A stretch of DNA of 64,000 nt from Candidatus Buchananbacteria bacterium. GTDB taxonomy: Bacteria > Patescibacteriota > Patescibacteriia > 2-01-FULL-39-33. The notes under the pieces were generated by a model. That model worked only from the letters and a program-made list of their open reading frames with translations, did not search any database and was not told where the DNA came from. Where the stretch lies: the NCBI GenBank assembly GCA_041666945.1, contig JBAYFY010000002.1, positions 701-64,700 of the forward strand, given 5' to 3'. Both the position numbers and the translations under genes were made by a program. Positions 27,652 through 36,574 of this stretch are shown here, piece by piece. The stretch's first letter is position 1. The number at the start of each line of letters is the position of its first letter.

Positions 27652-28911
27652 ATGTCAAAAATAAAAAAGAAAAAACCGGCCAAGAAGCCGGTTAAAATCA
27701 AAGCCAAAAAAAAGTTGGCGCATCATTTGCCCAAAGCGCGCAAGCCGACCAGAGGCAAGAAATCGCGCAAAGCCAAGGCGCGAGCCAAGGAACCGTTGCG
27801 CCAGATAGCCCTGCCCAATCCGTTGGAGATTGAGGCGGTGATGAAGAAAGGCAGGATCCGCGGTTTTGTAACCGAGCAGGAATTGGCGTTGCTCTACCCG
27901 GAGATAGAAGAATACGTTGACCAGTATGAAGGCATGCTGGATGATTTGGATTATGCCAATATCGCCGTCGTGGAAGCGCCGTCGCTTCTGGGCAAACCGC
28001 CGACAGGCGTGCCGCCGCCGCCGCTGACGACCAAAGAAAAGAAAGCCGCCAAGATTTCCTTGAGCGAGAATATTGATTTGGGCGATATTTCCGCCGACTC
28101 CATTCAGATGTATCTGCGCGAAATCGGCAAGGTGCCGCTTCTGCATACCGAGGAAGAGATTTCTTTGGCCAAGCGGATTGAGCGCGGCGATGTGGAAGCC
28201 AAGCAGAAATTGATTAAGGCCAATTTGCGCCTGGTGGTTTCCATTGCCAAAAAATTCACAGGCAAGAACCTGTCGCTTCTGGATCTGATTCAGGAAGGCA
28301 ATATCGGGCTGTTCCGCGCCGTAGAAAAATTTGATTATCACAAGGGCTATAAATTTTCCACTTACGCCACTTGGTGGATCCGCCAGGCCATTACCCGCTC
28401 GCTCGCGGACCAATCGCGCACCATTCGCATTCCCGTTCACATGGTGGAGAACATTAATCGTTTTCAGCAAGTGGAACGGCGTTTGGTGCAGGACTTGGGA
28501 CGCGAACCCATGCCTGAGGAGATTGCCGCGGAAATGGGCGAGGAATTGGAAAAGGTTTTGCACATCTTAAAGATTTCGCAGGAGACGATTTCGCTGGGCA
28601 CGCCCGTGGGCGACGACAGCGAGGACTCGGTGCTGGAGGATTTTATTGAAGACCAGAAAACCTTGACGCCGGATCGCGCCGCCGCTTTGCGCATTTTAAG
28701 CGATTATGTGAGACAGGTGATCAGCGAGCTGACGCCGCGCGAACAAAAAGTGTTGGAAATGCGTTTTGGCTTGCGCGATGGCGTGGCCCATACTTTGGAA
28801 GAAGTGGGCAAGGAGTTTGATGTTACCCGCGAACGTATCCGCCAGATTGAAGCCAAGGCGCTGGAAAAGATTGAAAAGATACAGGGGATTGAAAAGCTAA
28901 GGGATTACTAA
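27652..28911 (+). CDS. rpoD: RNA polymerase primary sigma factor
   Basis: [59 protein letters not shown]; Lys-rich N-terminus. Confidence 0.96.
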   Translation: MSKIKKKKPAKKPVKIKAKKKLAHHLPKARKPTRGKKSRKAKARAKEPLRQIALPNPLEIEAVMKKGRIRGFVTEQELALLYPEIEEYVDQYEGMLDDLDYANIAVVEAPSLLGKPPTGVPPPPLTTKEKKAAKISLSENIDLGDISADSIQMYLREIGKVPLLHTEEEISLAKRIERGDVEAKQKLIKANLRLVVSIAKKFTGKNLSLLDLIQEGNIGLFRAVEKFDYHKGYKFSTYATWWIRQAITRSLADQSRTIRIPVHMVENINRFQQVERRLVQDLGREPMPEEIAAEMGEELEKVLHILKISQETISLGTPVGDDSEDSVLEDFIEDQKTLTPDRAAALRILSDYVRQVISELTPREQKVLEMRFGLRDGVAHTLEEVGKEFDVTRERIRQIEAKALEKIEKIQGIEKLRDY

Positions 28912-28959
28912 AAATAAAACGGCCGCCTGCGTAAGACGGTCGTTGTCGTTAAAGTTCGT

Positions 28960-29343
28960 TTAAATTCCTTTGGTTTGCGCCCGGTTGCCCGATTGCGCCG
29001 CTAATTTCATCAGTTCTTCCAGTTTTTCAATGAAGTCGGCCGGTACGGGGCCAGTGGTAAGTTCGCCGGACAAGTAGCCGATTCTGGTGCCGTTAAATAT
29101 TTCGTTAATGCTTATTCCCCGGGTTTGCAGTCGGCCGTGTTGGCTTAGCGGTTGCGTCATAACATCGTTTATGAACTCTTGGGGCGGTTGCCAGCGATGA
29201 TCGGCGATATAATGCAGGATCATATCAGGCATAACCCAACGGTGTCCGTTGGCGAAGGTCAGATTAACGTCGCCGGAGGATAGGTGGGAGAAACGGTTTT
29301 CTTTGCCATCAGTATGGCAGAACTCGCAGACGTGGAAACCCAT
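28960..29343 (-). CDS. hypothetical protein with GxHxCEFC...HYIxxHxxxPPxEF motif (SD-led cassette)
   Basis: start 29343 after AAGGAG; perfect TTGACA-17-TATAAT at 29397-29425; GTTCTGTAAAA at 29370-29380. Confidence 0.75.
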   Translation of the reverse strand: MGFHVCEFCHTDGKENRFSHLSSGDVNLTFANGHRWVMPDMILHYIADHRWQPPQEFINDVMTQPLSQHGRLQTRGISINEIFNGTRIGYLSGELTTGPVPADFIEKLEELMKLAAQSGNRAQTKGI

Positions 29344-29429
29344 GGTTTTATCTCCTTGGTTAAGTGGTTTTTTACAGAACTTCAAATCAATATTCAATTA
29401 TAGCGCATTTCACGGTGTTTGTCAATAGT

Positions 29430-29517
29430 TGACGTTGAATCCTGCCAAGCCGGGTTTTTCCACAGGACAAATAATCTTGACAACCGCCTGTTTTTTTGCT
29501 AATATTATTAACACTAT
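29430..29517 (+). repeat. 88-bp direct repeat copy 1 (contains tRNA promoter and DnaA-box-like TTTTCCACA)
   Basis: 81/88 identical to 40000-40087. Confidence 0.9.
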
Positions 29518-29539
29518 TACCTTAAAACGAGTTCTAAGC

Positions 29540-29611
29540 TCAGCGGTAGCTCAACGGTAGAGCAACCGGCTGTTAACCGGTAGGTTACTGGTTCGAATCC
29601 AGTCCGCTGAG
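29540..29611 (+). tRNA. tRNA-Asn (GTT), CCA not encoded
   Basis: acceptor TCAGCGG/CCGCTGA, D arm GCTC/GAGC, anticodon stem ACCGG-CTGTTAA-CCGGT, T arm ACTGG-TTCGAAT-CCAGT. Confidence 0.96.
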
Positions 29612-29768
29612 CCTATAACTCGTTTTACGATTTTCGCCTCCCATGCGGAGGGAGAGCTTATAACTCGTTTAATTAAAATATCCGTCTTTATGGCGAATAT
29701 TTTAATTATGTAAAATAGATTAAGCCGTTTGAAAATTTGGCATAAAATAAACGAAGGGAGTGTATAAC

Positions 29769-30008
29769 ATGGCTTTGAAAGTTTTGGATCCCAAGTCTGC
29801 ATTGCGGGCAATGGAGCTATCGCGCGGGTCTTATCGGCCAAAAGAGATTATTGAATTGAAAGAAGCGATAGACGGAGAAACGCGGGCGAGCGAATTGGCA
29901 GCGTCCGTTTCCGGTGTCGTTGATTTAGAACGGGTAAAGAAAATTGTTGCCATGAAAATCCAATTGGATGGTTTGTACATTGATTGGATTGAAGGAAGGA
30001 TATCATAA
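29769..30008 (+). CDS. small hypothetical protein (SD-led)
   Basis: 79 aa; AAGGGAG upstream; terminator GCGTCGCC...GGTGACGC plus T run at 30025-30055. Confidence 0.6.
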   Translation: MALKVLDPKSALRAMELSRGSYRPKEIIELKEAIDGETRASELAASVSGVVDLERVKKIVAMKIQLDGLYIDWIEGRIS

Positions 30009-30251
30009 GGGGATTATAATAGTTGCGTCGCCGTGAGTGGTGACGCTTTTTTTTTATTTAAAACGTAAGGTTTGACTGAATCCGGACGGGTCAGAAACGA
30101 GACAACTTTTGTTACGTAGTATGTTACGTAACAAGAAATGTGTTGTCAAATAATTTTTATATATTTACCCGCTCTCCCGTGTGCGTAAACTGCACCCTCT
30201 TGATAATTATTCTAACTTTGAATATTCTTATATTGAATATATCATAAAGGT

Positions 30252-30473
30252 ATGCCAAAGACAATACATACAGACGAATATCAAAGAATTACCGAACGGC
30301 TCAAACAAGCCAGGGTTGATGCTGATTTCACACAAGAAGAAGTGGCTAAAAGAATTAAAAAGCCCCAATCTTATGTTTCTAAAATTGAGGCAGGGGAGCA
30401 GAGGATTGATATTATTGAACTTAAAGTATTTGCTAAACTTTACAAAAAGGAAGTTGATTATTTTATTCAATAG
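30252..30473 (+). CDS. XRE-family helix-turn-helix regulator
   Basis: RLKQARVDADFTQEEVAKRIKKPQSYVSKIEAGEQRID. Confidence 0.9.
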   Translation: MPKTIHTDEYQRITERLKQARVDADFTQEEVAKRIKKPQSYVSKIEAGEQRIDIIELKVFAKLYKKEVDYFIQ

Positions 30474-30477
30474 ATAT

Positions 30478-31449
30478 ATGGAAAGGATAAATTATAAGGA
30501 ATTAATAGAGAAGTATCCTTGGGTTGTGGAAAAAGATCATGATTGTATATTGAGCCCAGACAGCGACGGTTTGCTGTGCGGTCTTTTTATGGCACATTAT
30601 TTGAATTGGAAAATAAGGGGATATTACGACGGAAAGGTATTAATTGTTGATAAAGGTGTAGATTTGCGTGAGTGTGTATTTTTGGATATGGAGATTTTTC
30701 GTAAAGAAATTAGAAGTGTGGGCCATCATATGGTGCTTTATAATAAAAATAAAAAACCGGAATCCTGGCATAATTTTGAGAATTGTGTTCAGCCGAATAA
30801 TTTACGTGATTATGATGGCGCCAAAAACTTCCCTTTAAAATATCCGTTAGCGACAATTCATTTATTGATTGGTATATTAAATAGTAAATTTTCAATTGAT
30901 ATTTCTGAATCGGCTATTTGTCCCTTATTGTATACAGATGGAGTTTTTAAAAATTTATTTGGATATCCGGAAAATTGTTTGGATTGGCTGAATTATCTTG
31001 GGGCAAACAATAAAGAAACAGCATTACATCAGATATTTCATAATGATTATTACTCCATTCATGATTTAATGGACGCTTTGAAGGATTTTTTTGAAAAAAT
31101 ATCTAATATTGGTGAAGGTAAAAGGGGTAATGATAAAATTAAAATATCAAATACTAAGAGCGAATTGGTAAATTTAGAAAAATCAGAGGATTGTTATTTT
31201 ATTAATAATGAAGCGAAAATAAAGGCCACAAAGTTTATAATGATATTATCCGAGTTGACGGGTTGGAAATATAAGGAAAATCATTGGTTATGGTCTGGTT
31301 TTAAAGTGATTAAATTCGAAAAATCTAAAATAAAACCAAATAATAAAAATTTTGAATTTTTATTGTCAAAAAATCCGCTGTCTTGGGCTATGACCAGCGG
31401 ATTAGATATAGAATACACTTTAGATCCTGATAATCTTTTATTAAAGTAG
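30478..31449 (+). CDS. hypothetical protein, DHH-phosphoesterase-like motifs
   Basis: SPDSDG, VFLD, SVGHH, KYP, YTDG resemble DHH motifs I-IV; start 30478 just after the XRE stop. Confidence 0.6.
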   Translation: MERINYKELIEKYPWVVEKDHDCILSPDSDGLLCGLFMAHYLNWKIRGYYDGKVLIVDKGVDLRECVFLDMEIFRKEIRSVGHHMVLYNKNKKPESWHNFENCVQPNNLRDYDGAKNFPLKYPLATIHLLIGILNSKFSIDISESAICPLLYTDGVFKNLFGYPENCLDWLNYLGANNKETALHQIFHNDYYSIHDLMDALKDFFEKISNIGEGKRGNDKIKISNTKSELVNLEKSEDCYFINNEAKIKATKFIMILSELTGWKYKENHWLWSGFKVIKFEKSKIKPNNKNFEFLLSKNPLSWAMTSGLDIEYTLDPDNLLLK

Positions 31450-32913
31450 TTTGTTTTGAAGTGTTTGTCTTTCTTCTTTTATTCGTTTTTTTGCCAACTC
31501 GCAATATTCTTCTGAAATTTCAAAACCAATATAGTTTCGGTCTTGATTGATGGCGGCCAATGCAGTAGTGCCGCTTCCTAGAAATGGGTCAATAACAATC
31601 CCTTTAGGCGGACAAAAACATTGAATAAAATCAACTGGTATTTTATCTGGAAAAGTTGCCGGATGTTGATGTTTTAAACGGGTTCCGTCACCGCAAGTTA
31701 CATAATCCCAAATCGTCCCCCTACATTTCAGAGGATTTATTGTTACTTTATGGGATTGTAATGTTTTGCCGTTCGTTAATCTCGTTGCGCATCCAGTCAT
31801 GGTTTTACCGCCATGTTTTGATGGTATTTTTAAATGATCTTTTTGAAAATATTGCGGTCTCTCTCCCTTCAGAAATATTGGGATATATTCGTGATCGACC
31901 CTGAATCTTTTAGTCCACCAGGCGCCTTCGGCGCCGTGTTTTTTATAAATAACAGTTTCGAATAGTTTAAATCCAATATTATCGCACCAATCAATAATAG
32001 TACGAAATGATGTTAGTGATTTACCAAAGTTTTTGGTTTGATCTTGGATTACCATTATTGCAACTCCTCCGTTTTTCAAAATTCGAAAAATTTCTTTTCC
32101 CGTATCATGCAAATTATAATTGAATCCATTATAGTCCCTTACGCTGTCGTAGGGAGGGGAAGTAACTATTACGTCAATTGAATTGTCTGGTAATCTTTTC
32201 ATTCCTTCAACGCAATCCACACATTGTACCGTGTTAAGAACTTGTTTTAAATTCAATTCCCTGTTTATTTTTTGGTCATAATCATGAGACGTACTATTGT
32301 ATTCAAATGTTATATTTGGTTGCTCTTGTTTGATAATATCAAAAACGACTCCCTGAATATTAAATTTTTGATTTTTGTTTACTATAATCGGGCTAAATTG
32401 CTTATTAGCCGGTTGAAGCCGTATTTGATTTTTTTCTTTATAGTATCTTTTTAATGTCGCCTCAGTGTTATTAATCAACGCAACAACTCGATCTCCATTA
32501 TTAGCGGTTTGTTGATTTTTAACTAAAATAATATCGCCGTTGTTAATGTTTTCATCAATCATGCTATTACCACTAACCTTTAAAGCATAGAAATTACCGT
32601 TAGATGGTAAATTTGACTTAGGTACCGCAATGGTCTCCCTTTCTTCAATTGCTTCAATTGGTTGACCGGCGACGATAGTGCCAAAAAATGGAACCTGAAT
32701 TAAGAGTTCGCTGGAAAAAATATCAATGCTTCTGGCATGGTTCTCTGTTTTGTTTAAAAATCCCTTATCTTTAAGTGCCTCAATGTGTTGATGAACCGTG
32801 CTAACTGATAGTTTAAAATGCTTTCCGATTTCCTCAAGAGAAGGGGAATATCCATTTTTTTTGATGTAATCCTTAGTGTAATTAAGGATTTCTTTTTGTC
32901 TTGGGGTTATCAT
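31441..32913 (-). CDS. lexA: LexA repressor fused to beta-class N4C/N6A DNA methyltransferase
   Basis: TPRQKEIL...SPSLEEIG HTH, VAG cleavage site, GNSM and TLKR catalytic residues; then VTSPPY (motif IV), HPATFP, DPFLGSGTT (motif I). Confidence 0.9.
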   Translation of the reverse strand: MITPRQKEILNYTKDYIKKNGYSPSLEEIGKHFKLSVSTVHQHIEALKDKGFLNKTENHARSIDIFSSELLIQVPFFGTIVAGQPIEAIEERETIAVPKSNLPSNGNFYALKVSGNSMIDENINNGDIILVKNQQTANNGDRVVALINNTEATLKRYYKEKNQIRLQPANKQFSPIIVNKNQKFNIQGVVFDIIKQEQPNITFEYNSTSHDYDQKINRELNLKQVLNTVQCVDCVEGMKRLPDNSIDVIVTSPPYDSVRDYNGFNYNLHDTGKEIFRILKNGGVAIMVIQDQTKNFGKSLTSFRTIIDWCDNIGFKLFETVIYKKHGAEGAWWTKRFRVDHEYIPIFLKGERPQYFQKDHLKIPSKHGGKTMTGCATRLTNGKTLQSHKVTINPLKCRGTIWDYVTCGDGTRLKHQHPATFPDKIPVDFIQCFCPPKGIVIDPFLGSGTTALAAINQDRNYIGFEISEEYCELAKKRIKEERQTLQNKLL

Positions 32914-32950
32914 ATTTGACTTTATTTTGAGCAAGATTTATTATATAAGT

Positions 32951-32972
32951 ATTATACCGAAAATAAACCGAA
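32951..32972 (-). promoter_or_regulatory. direct-repeat operator candidate TTCGG-N6-TTCGG abutting TATAAT of lexA
   Basis: minus strand TTCGG TTTATT TTCGG TATAAT. Confidence 0.6.
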
Positions 32973-33227
32973 AGTAGAAGTTGAGTTATCCACAGCAAAC
33001 ATTGCTAATGTGTTGCATATGATTTTATTAAATGGAATAATTGCCAAAAGTCTATTGGCGCGCTAAAATTGAAGCAAATATGGCCTGTGATATCAAAAAT
33101 CACCGAAAACTCAGAATGATAAGTTAGAAGGTTCTAATAGTTTGAGAACATCAATTAAATAAAAAATACTTTGTTTTAATCACCTTGAAAATAATAAGAT
33201 TTCTTAAAAATAATTGACGATAATAAT

Positions 33228-33578
33228 ATGGATCTTAAAAATTTTACAAAACAAGCCATTTTAGAAATTACCGAGGCCGTTAAAGAAATAAATATTGATA
33301 GAGAGGTTTTATTGGTATCCGGCAAGGATAAGCGAACAATAGAATTTGATGTGGCCGTAACTGTTGAGGAAAATAGAGCTACAACTGGCAGTGGACAGAT
33401 TCAAGTGCTAGGTCTTATTCGGGGAGAGGGCGATATTAAACAAGAAGTTAAAAATGCTACTGTTAGCAGAATTGAATTCGGTGTTTCGATAGCAACAGCA
33501 ACAAAAGCCGAGATTGAAAAGCAACGATTAGAAATCGAAGCGTATAATAGAAGAAATCAAGATTCTAGTTATAAATAA
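33228..33578 (+). CDS. hypothetical protein, trypco2-like
   Basis: MDLKNF...IEFDVAVT...SRIEFGV pattern. Confidence 0.55.
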   Translation: MDLKNFTKQAILEITEAVKEINIDREVLLVSGKDKRTIEFDVAVTVEENRATTGSGQIQVLGLIRGEGDIKQEVKNATVSRIEFGVSIATATKAEIEKQRLEIEAYNRRNQDSSYK

Positions 33579-33596
33579 TAGAATTTATAACTTTTT

Positions 33597-34646
33597 ATGG
33601 AAAGCGAATTAGAGTCTTGGCAGATAACAGATTTTAATTTGAATGACAATCAGCTCAAGATTGACAAGCTTGGTCTTATAAAAATAATTAGAAGTGATGA
33701 TGGTATTTTAACTCTTGTTAGTGACGCAAATTACGGGGTCATAGATCATGAAAAACCCTCACCGGCAAAGTTTGCTAACAATGATTCTATTTTGGGGTTT
33801 ATACTTGATATAGGCATTAGAAGAGAAAAAGTGCTTGCCAGTGGACATGGTTTTTATTTCGGTAGATCAATAATTAGGCCCCAATCCTCAAAAATTATTT
33901 CTCAGAATGATTTCGATGAGGAATTATTTGAAAAAATCAGTGATATCATTAACAGCAAATATCAATCCAATAATAAACAAGAAGAAACGGAGGCAATAAG
34001 ATTGAGGTTTTTATTTGATACATACAATAATGCTCGTCTTTTATTCCCTAATTTTTTATCAGAAAGTTATCTTAACCTATTACGAATTATCGACGCATTA
34101 AGCGTTAAGAGGCACGCTGAAAGTTTCGCTCTATTCGCAGCAATGATTTCCTCAGATTTAAATGATGCAATTTATAATAAAGTAAATATTATAGAGGGAT
34201 ATAAGGATAGAATAGATTATGCGGCTGATTTATTTAAAAATTTAATGGAGAAAAAAAATATTGAGAGATCCTGTAAAGCTGAAATGGGTAAATTAAATGA
34301 TAAAGGAAAGTTTATTTTTTCTTGTTTCTATGTTGCTTACCAGTACAGAAACAAATTTGTTCATCTCGGCTTCCCATTTCCAGACACCGTTAAGAATTCT
34401 TATGGCTTAAAGGATGGCTCCGGTACTGCATTTTTAAATCCAGCGCTTGGTATTTATTGGCGAAAAGTTTATAGGCCGAATGGAATCGAAGATGGCGATT
34501 TAATAGACATACATCAATTTATGCCCGACGAAGAAGAGGCGCAAAAATTTAAAGACGAATATTTTAAGCTTCTGCCAACTTGGCATTTTGTAAAACAACT
34601 AACTAGAGAGGCGTTACGGAAAAAAATTATTAACGAATCTAAATAA
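33597..34646 (+). CDS. hypothetical protein with HEPN-like RxxxxH motif
   Basis: YRNKFVHLG in a helical C-terminal half. Confidence 0.6.
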   Translation: MESELESWQITDFNLNDNQLKIDKLGLIKIIRSDDGILTLVSDANYGVIDHEKPSPAKFANNDSILGFILDIGIRREKVLASGHGFYFGRSIIRPQSSKIISQNDFDEELFEKISDIINSKYQSNNKQEETEAIRLRFLFDTYNNARLLFPNFLSESYLNLLRIIDALSVKRHAESFALFAAMISSDLNDAIYNKVNIIEGYKDRIDYAADLFKNLMEKKNIERSCKAEMGKLNDKGKFIFSCFYVAYQYRNKFVHLGFPFPDTVKNSYGLKDGSGTAFLNPALGIYWRKVYRPNGIEDGDLIDIHQFMPDEEEAQKFKDEYFKLLPTWHFVKQLTREALRKKIINESK

Positions 34647-34652
34647 AATTAT

Positions 34653-34805
34653 ATGGAAAAATATATTCGCAAAGTAACTCATGCCGGCAAAATAATCCTG
34701 TCAATCGTTATCCCGACAGAAATCGTGGATGAATTAAAGATAAAAGAAAAGCAGAAATTGACCATAACGACAAAATGCAAGAGTATTATTAAAGATTGGA
34801 AATAG
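34653..34805 (+). CDS. AbrB/MazE/SpoVT-family small DNA-binding protein (not in ORF track)
   Basis: own translation MEKYIRKVTHAGKIILSIVIPTEIVDELKIKEKQKLTITTKCKSIIKDWK. Confidence 0.65.
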   Translation: MEKYIRKVTHAGKIILSIVIPTEIVDELKIKEKQKLTITTKCKSIIKDWK

Positions 34806-34813
34806 TTTTAATT

Positions 34814-35476
34814 ATGATTCCAAAACAAGAAAAAATATATAATGAATTAGGTAAACAATTAGTTAATTGTAATTTTAACTGTTCCGGTATTAATAATAAT
34901 AAAAAGTTCGGGTATTTTCCTCGGCTATTATTTATAGAAAAAGGAAATGATAATGGAAAAGGAGCAATTATTATCGGATTAAATCCAGGCAAGTGTGGTG
35001 AATCAGAACGAAAGTGGGTTAGTAAAAATCAAGATTATTGGGTTAATCAAAAAGATTATTATAGTAATAATTTATTAAAGTGGAAGTATTTTCGTCGCGT
35101 TAAGGAGCTATTAAATTTACTTGGTTATCAAGGTGATATCTTATGGACAAATTTAGTAAAATGTGAGTGCATCGGTAGTAACGGAGATTTACCGATACAA
35201 ACCATAAGGACATGTGTAAACAAATTTTTAAAGAACGAAATTGATAGTTTATTGCCTCAGTGTGATATATTTGCCATAGGTAACCAATCTTTTGGGATTA
35301 GTTCGGTGGCATTTCCTAATAATTTTGTAATTGGGTTGCCCCATTCATCTGGTCCGTATGCTTCAACTAAATTTTTACGATTGTTAGAAAAAATTAGAAA
35401 AGACAAAAAAAAGTATTTAAACATAATTAATAAGAAAGGGGATAATAATAATCAGATTTTAGCAATAAAATTATAA
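34814..35476 (+). CDS. uracil-DNA glycosylase superfamily protein
   Basis: IIIGLNPG, WTNLVKC, C...FLKNEI, LPHSS motifs. Confidence 0.65.
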   Translation: MIPKQEKIYNELGKQLVNCNFNCSGINNNKKFGYFPRLLFIEKGNDNGKGAIIIGLNPGKCGESERKWVSKNQDYWVNQKDYYSNNLLKWKYFRRVKELLNLLGYQGDILWTNLVKCECIGSNGDLPIQTIRTCVNKFLKNEIDSLLPQCDIFAIGNQSFGISSVAFPNNFVIGLPHSSGPYASTKFLRLLEKIRKDKKKYLNIINKKGDNNNQILAIKL

Positions 35477-35488
35477 AATGGTAATACT

Positions 35489-36238
35489 ATGAAAGTGGGT
35501 AGGAATGATCAATGTCCCTGTGGTAGCGGTCGAAAATATAAGCATTGCTATCAGGATCATGATAGCGGTTGTTTACAAAAATTAAAGGATGATAGAATTA
35601 AAATGTTAGCAGAACATAATGACCGTGAAAAAAAAGTATTTCGTTTTTTTAATGAAGTAATAGAAGAAACAAATATTATTTTATTAAAATCAGAAGATGG
35701 TCATGATAAGATTCAGTCACGAATACAAATGATTATTATTTTTAGTTTGGTCGACATGTTGGGCGGTTATTGGTATACGTTTCTCGGGCAGAATGGTAAA
35801 ACATTAGAGCGTCCAAAAAATTGGTACAACAAATACTGTGCTACTGAAGAGAATATACATTATAAAGATTTTTGGACGGAATTAAATGTTGAACGCTTGT
35901 ATGTTTTTAGAAATTCCCTCGTTCATTTTTTTGGATTAGGTGAAAAATACGATAATATATACATTTCACTCGCATCAAATAATTTGCCAGATAAAACGCA
36001 TAAAAATTGGCAAGAAGAATTTTCAAAAAAAGGAGACAAGACGATTATTATTAGACCAGAAGATTTTTATAATTTAATAAAAGAGGGTGGCGTATTGATG
36101 CTAAAAGAATGGGGGAATATGATTAAGCAAGCACAAACCAATAGAGATAAAGAGTGTTATTATATTAATGGCATAGAACGAGTCTGGGATAAGATTAGAA
36201 AAGAAGGGGCTGTAAGAATTCCAAGTAATATTAAATAA
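35489..36238 (+). CDS. SEC-C motif protein with HEPN-like RxxxxH
   Basis: KVGRNDQCPCGSGRKYKHC; FRNSLVHFFG. Confidence 0.7.
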   Translation: MKVGRNDQCPCGSGRKYKHCYQDHDSGCLQKLKDDRIKMLAEHNDREKKVFRFFNEVIEETNIILLKSEDGHDKIQSRIQMIIIFSLVDMLGGYWYTFLGQNGKTLERPKNWYNKYCATEENIHYKDFWTELNVERLYVFRNSLVHFFGLGEKYDNIYISLASNNLPDKTHKNWQEEFSKKGDKTIIIRPEDFYNLIKEGGVLMLKEWGNMIKQAQTNRDKECYYINGIERVWDKIRKEGAVRIPSNIK

Positions 36239-36272
36239 TTTTAATAATTAGTTATAATTAGGCCGTCGCCGT

Positions 36273-36290
36273 CTGCCTGCCGGTAGGCAG
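36273..36290. repeat. short palindromic REP-like unit CTGCCTGCCGGTAGGCAG
   Basis: near-identical to the insert at 18142-18158. Confidence 0.6.
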
Positions 36291-36499
36291 GGCTTCAAAA
36301 ATCGTCATTGGGAAATTTTTGAAAAAAATTTCTTATTTTCTTAAGGAGGGAGGGCTTATAGCTTGTTTTACGCATCTCATCGCCACCTCCACAGGTGGCG
36401 ATTTGCGTTTCTACTAATATTTTTCAGCTTTCTTTTAATTTCACCACCGCTTCCCGCGAGAGCAAGGGGTGGCAAAGTTAGTAATTACCCATTTAATAT

Positions 36500-36537
36500 A
36501 AAAAGCGGTTAAGGGCATCTCTGTCCTTAACCGCTTT
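36500..36537 (-). terminator. terminator downstream of MVP-like gene
   Basis: AAAGCGGTTAAGGGCA-TCTC-TGTCCTTAACCGCTTT. Confidence 0.75.
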
Positions 36538-36574
36538 GGTACTAATTAATGAGCTATATTACTTTTGACGGTGC

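Larger units (their letters stand above)
29647..36372. mobile_element. AT-rich genomic island downstream of tRNA-Asn, bounded by imperfect 24-bp direct repeats; no integrase
   Basis: GGAGGGAGAGCTTATAACTCGTTT (29647) vs GGAGGGAGGGCTTATAGCTTGTTT (36345); related to the tRNA 3' flank GAGCCTATAACTCGTTTTACG; visibly lower GC. Confidence 0.65.

Noticed and set aside
30181-30477. 99-aa N-terminal extension of the DHH-like ORF
   Set aside because: It overlaps the clear XRE gene in another frame; ATG 30478 just after the XRE stop is more plausible.
29647-36372. Prophage or active integrative element
   Set aside because: No integrase, recombinase, transposase, replication or structural genes recognised.
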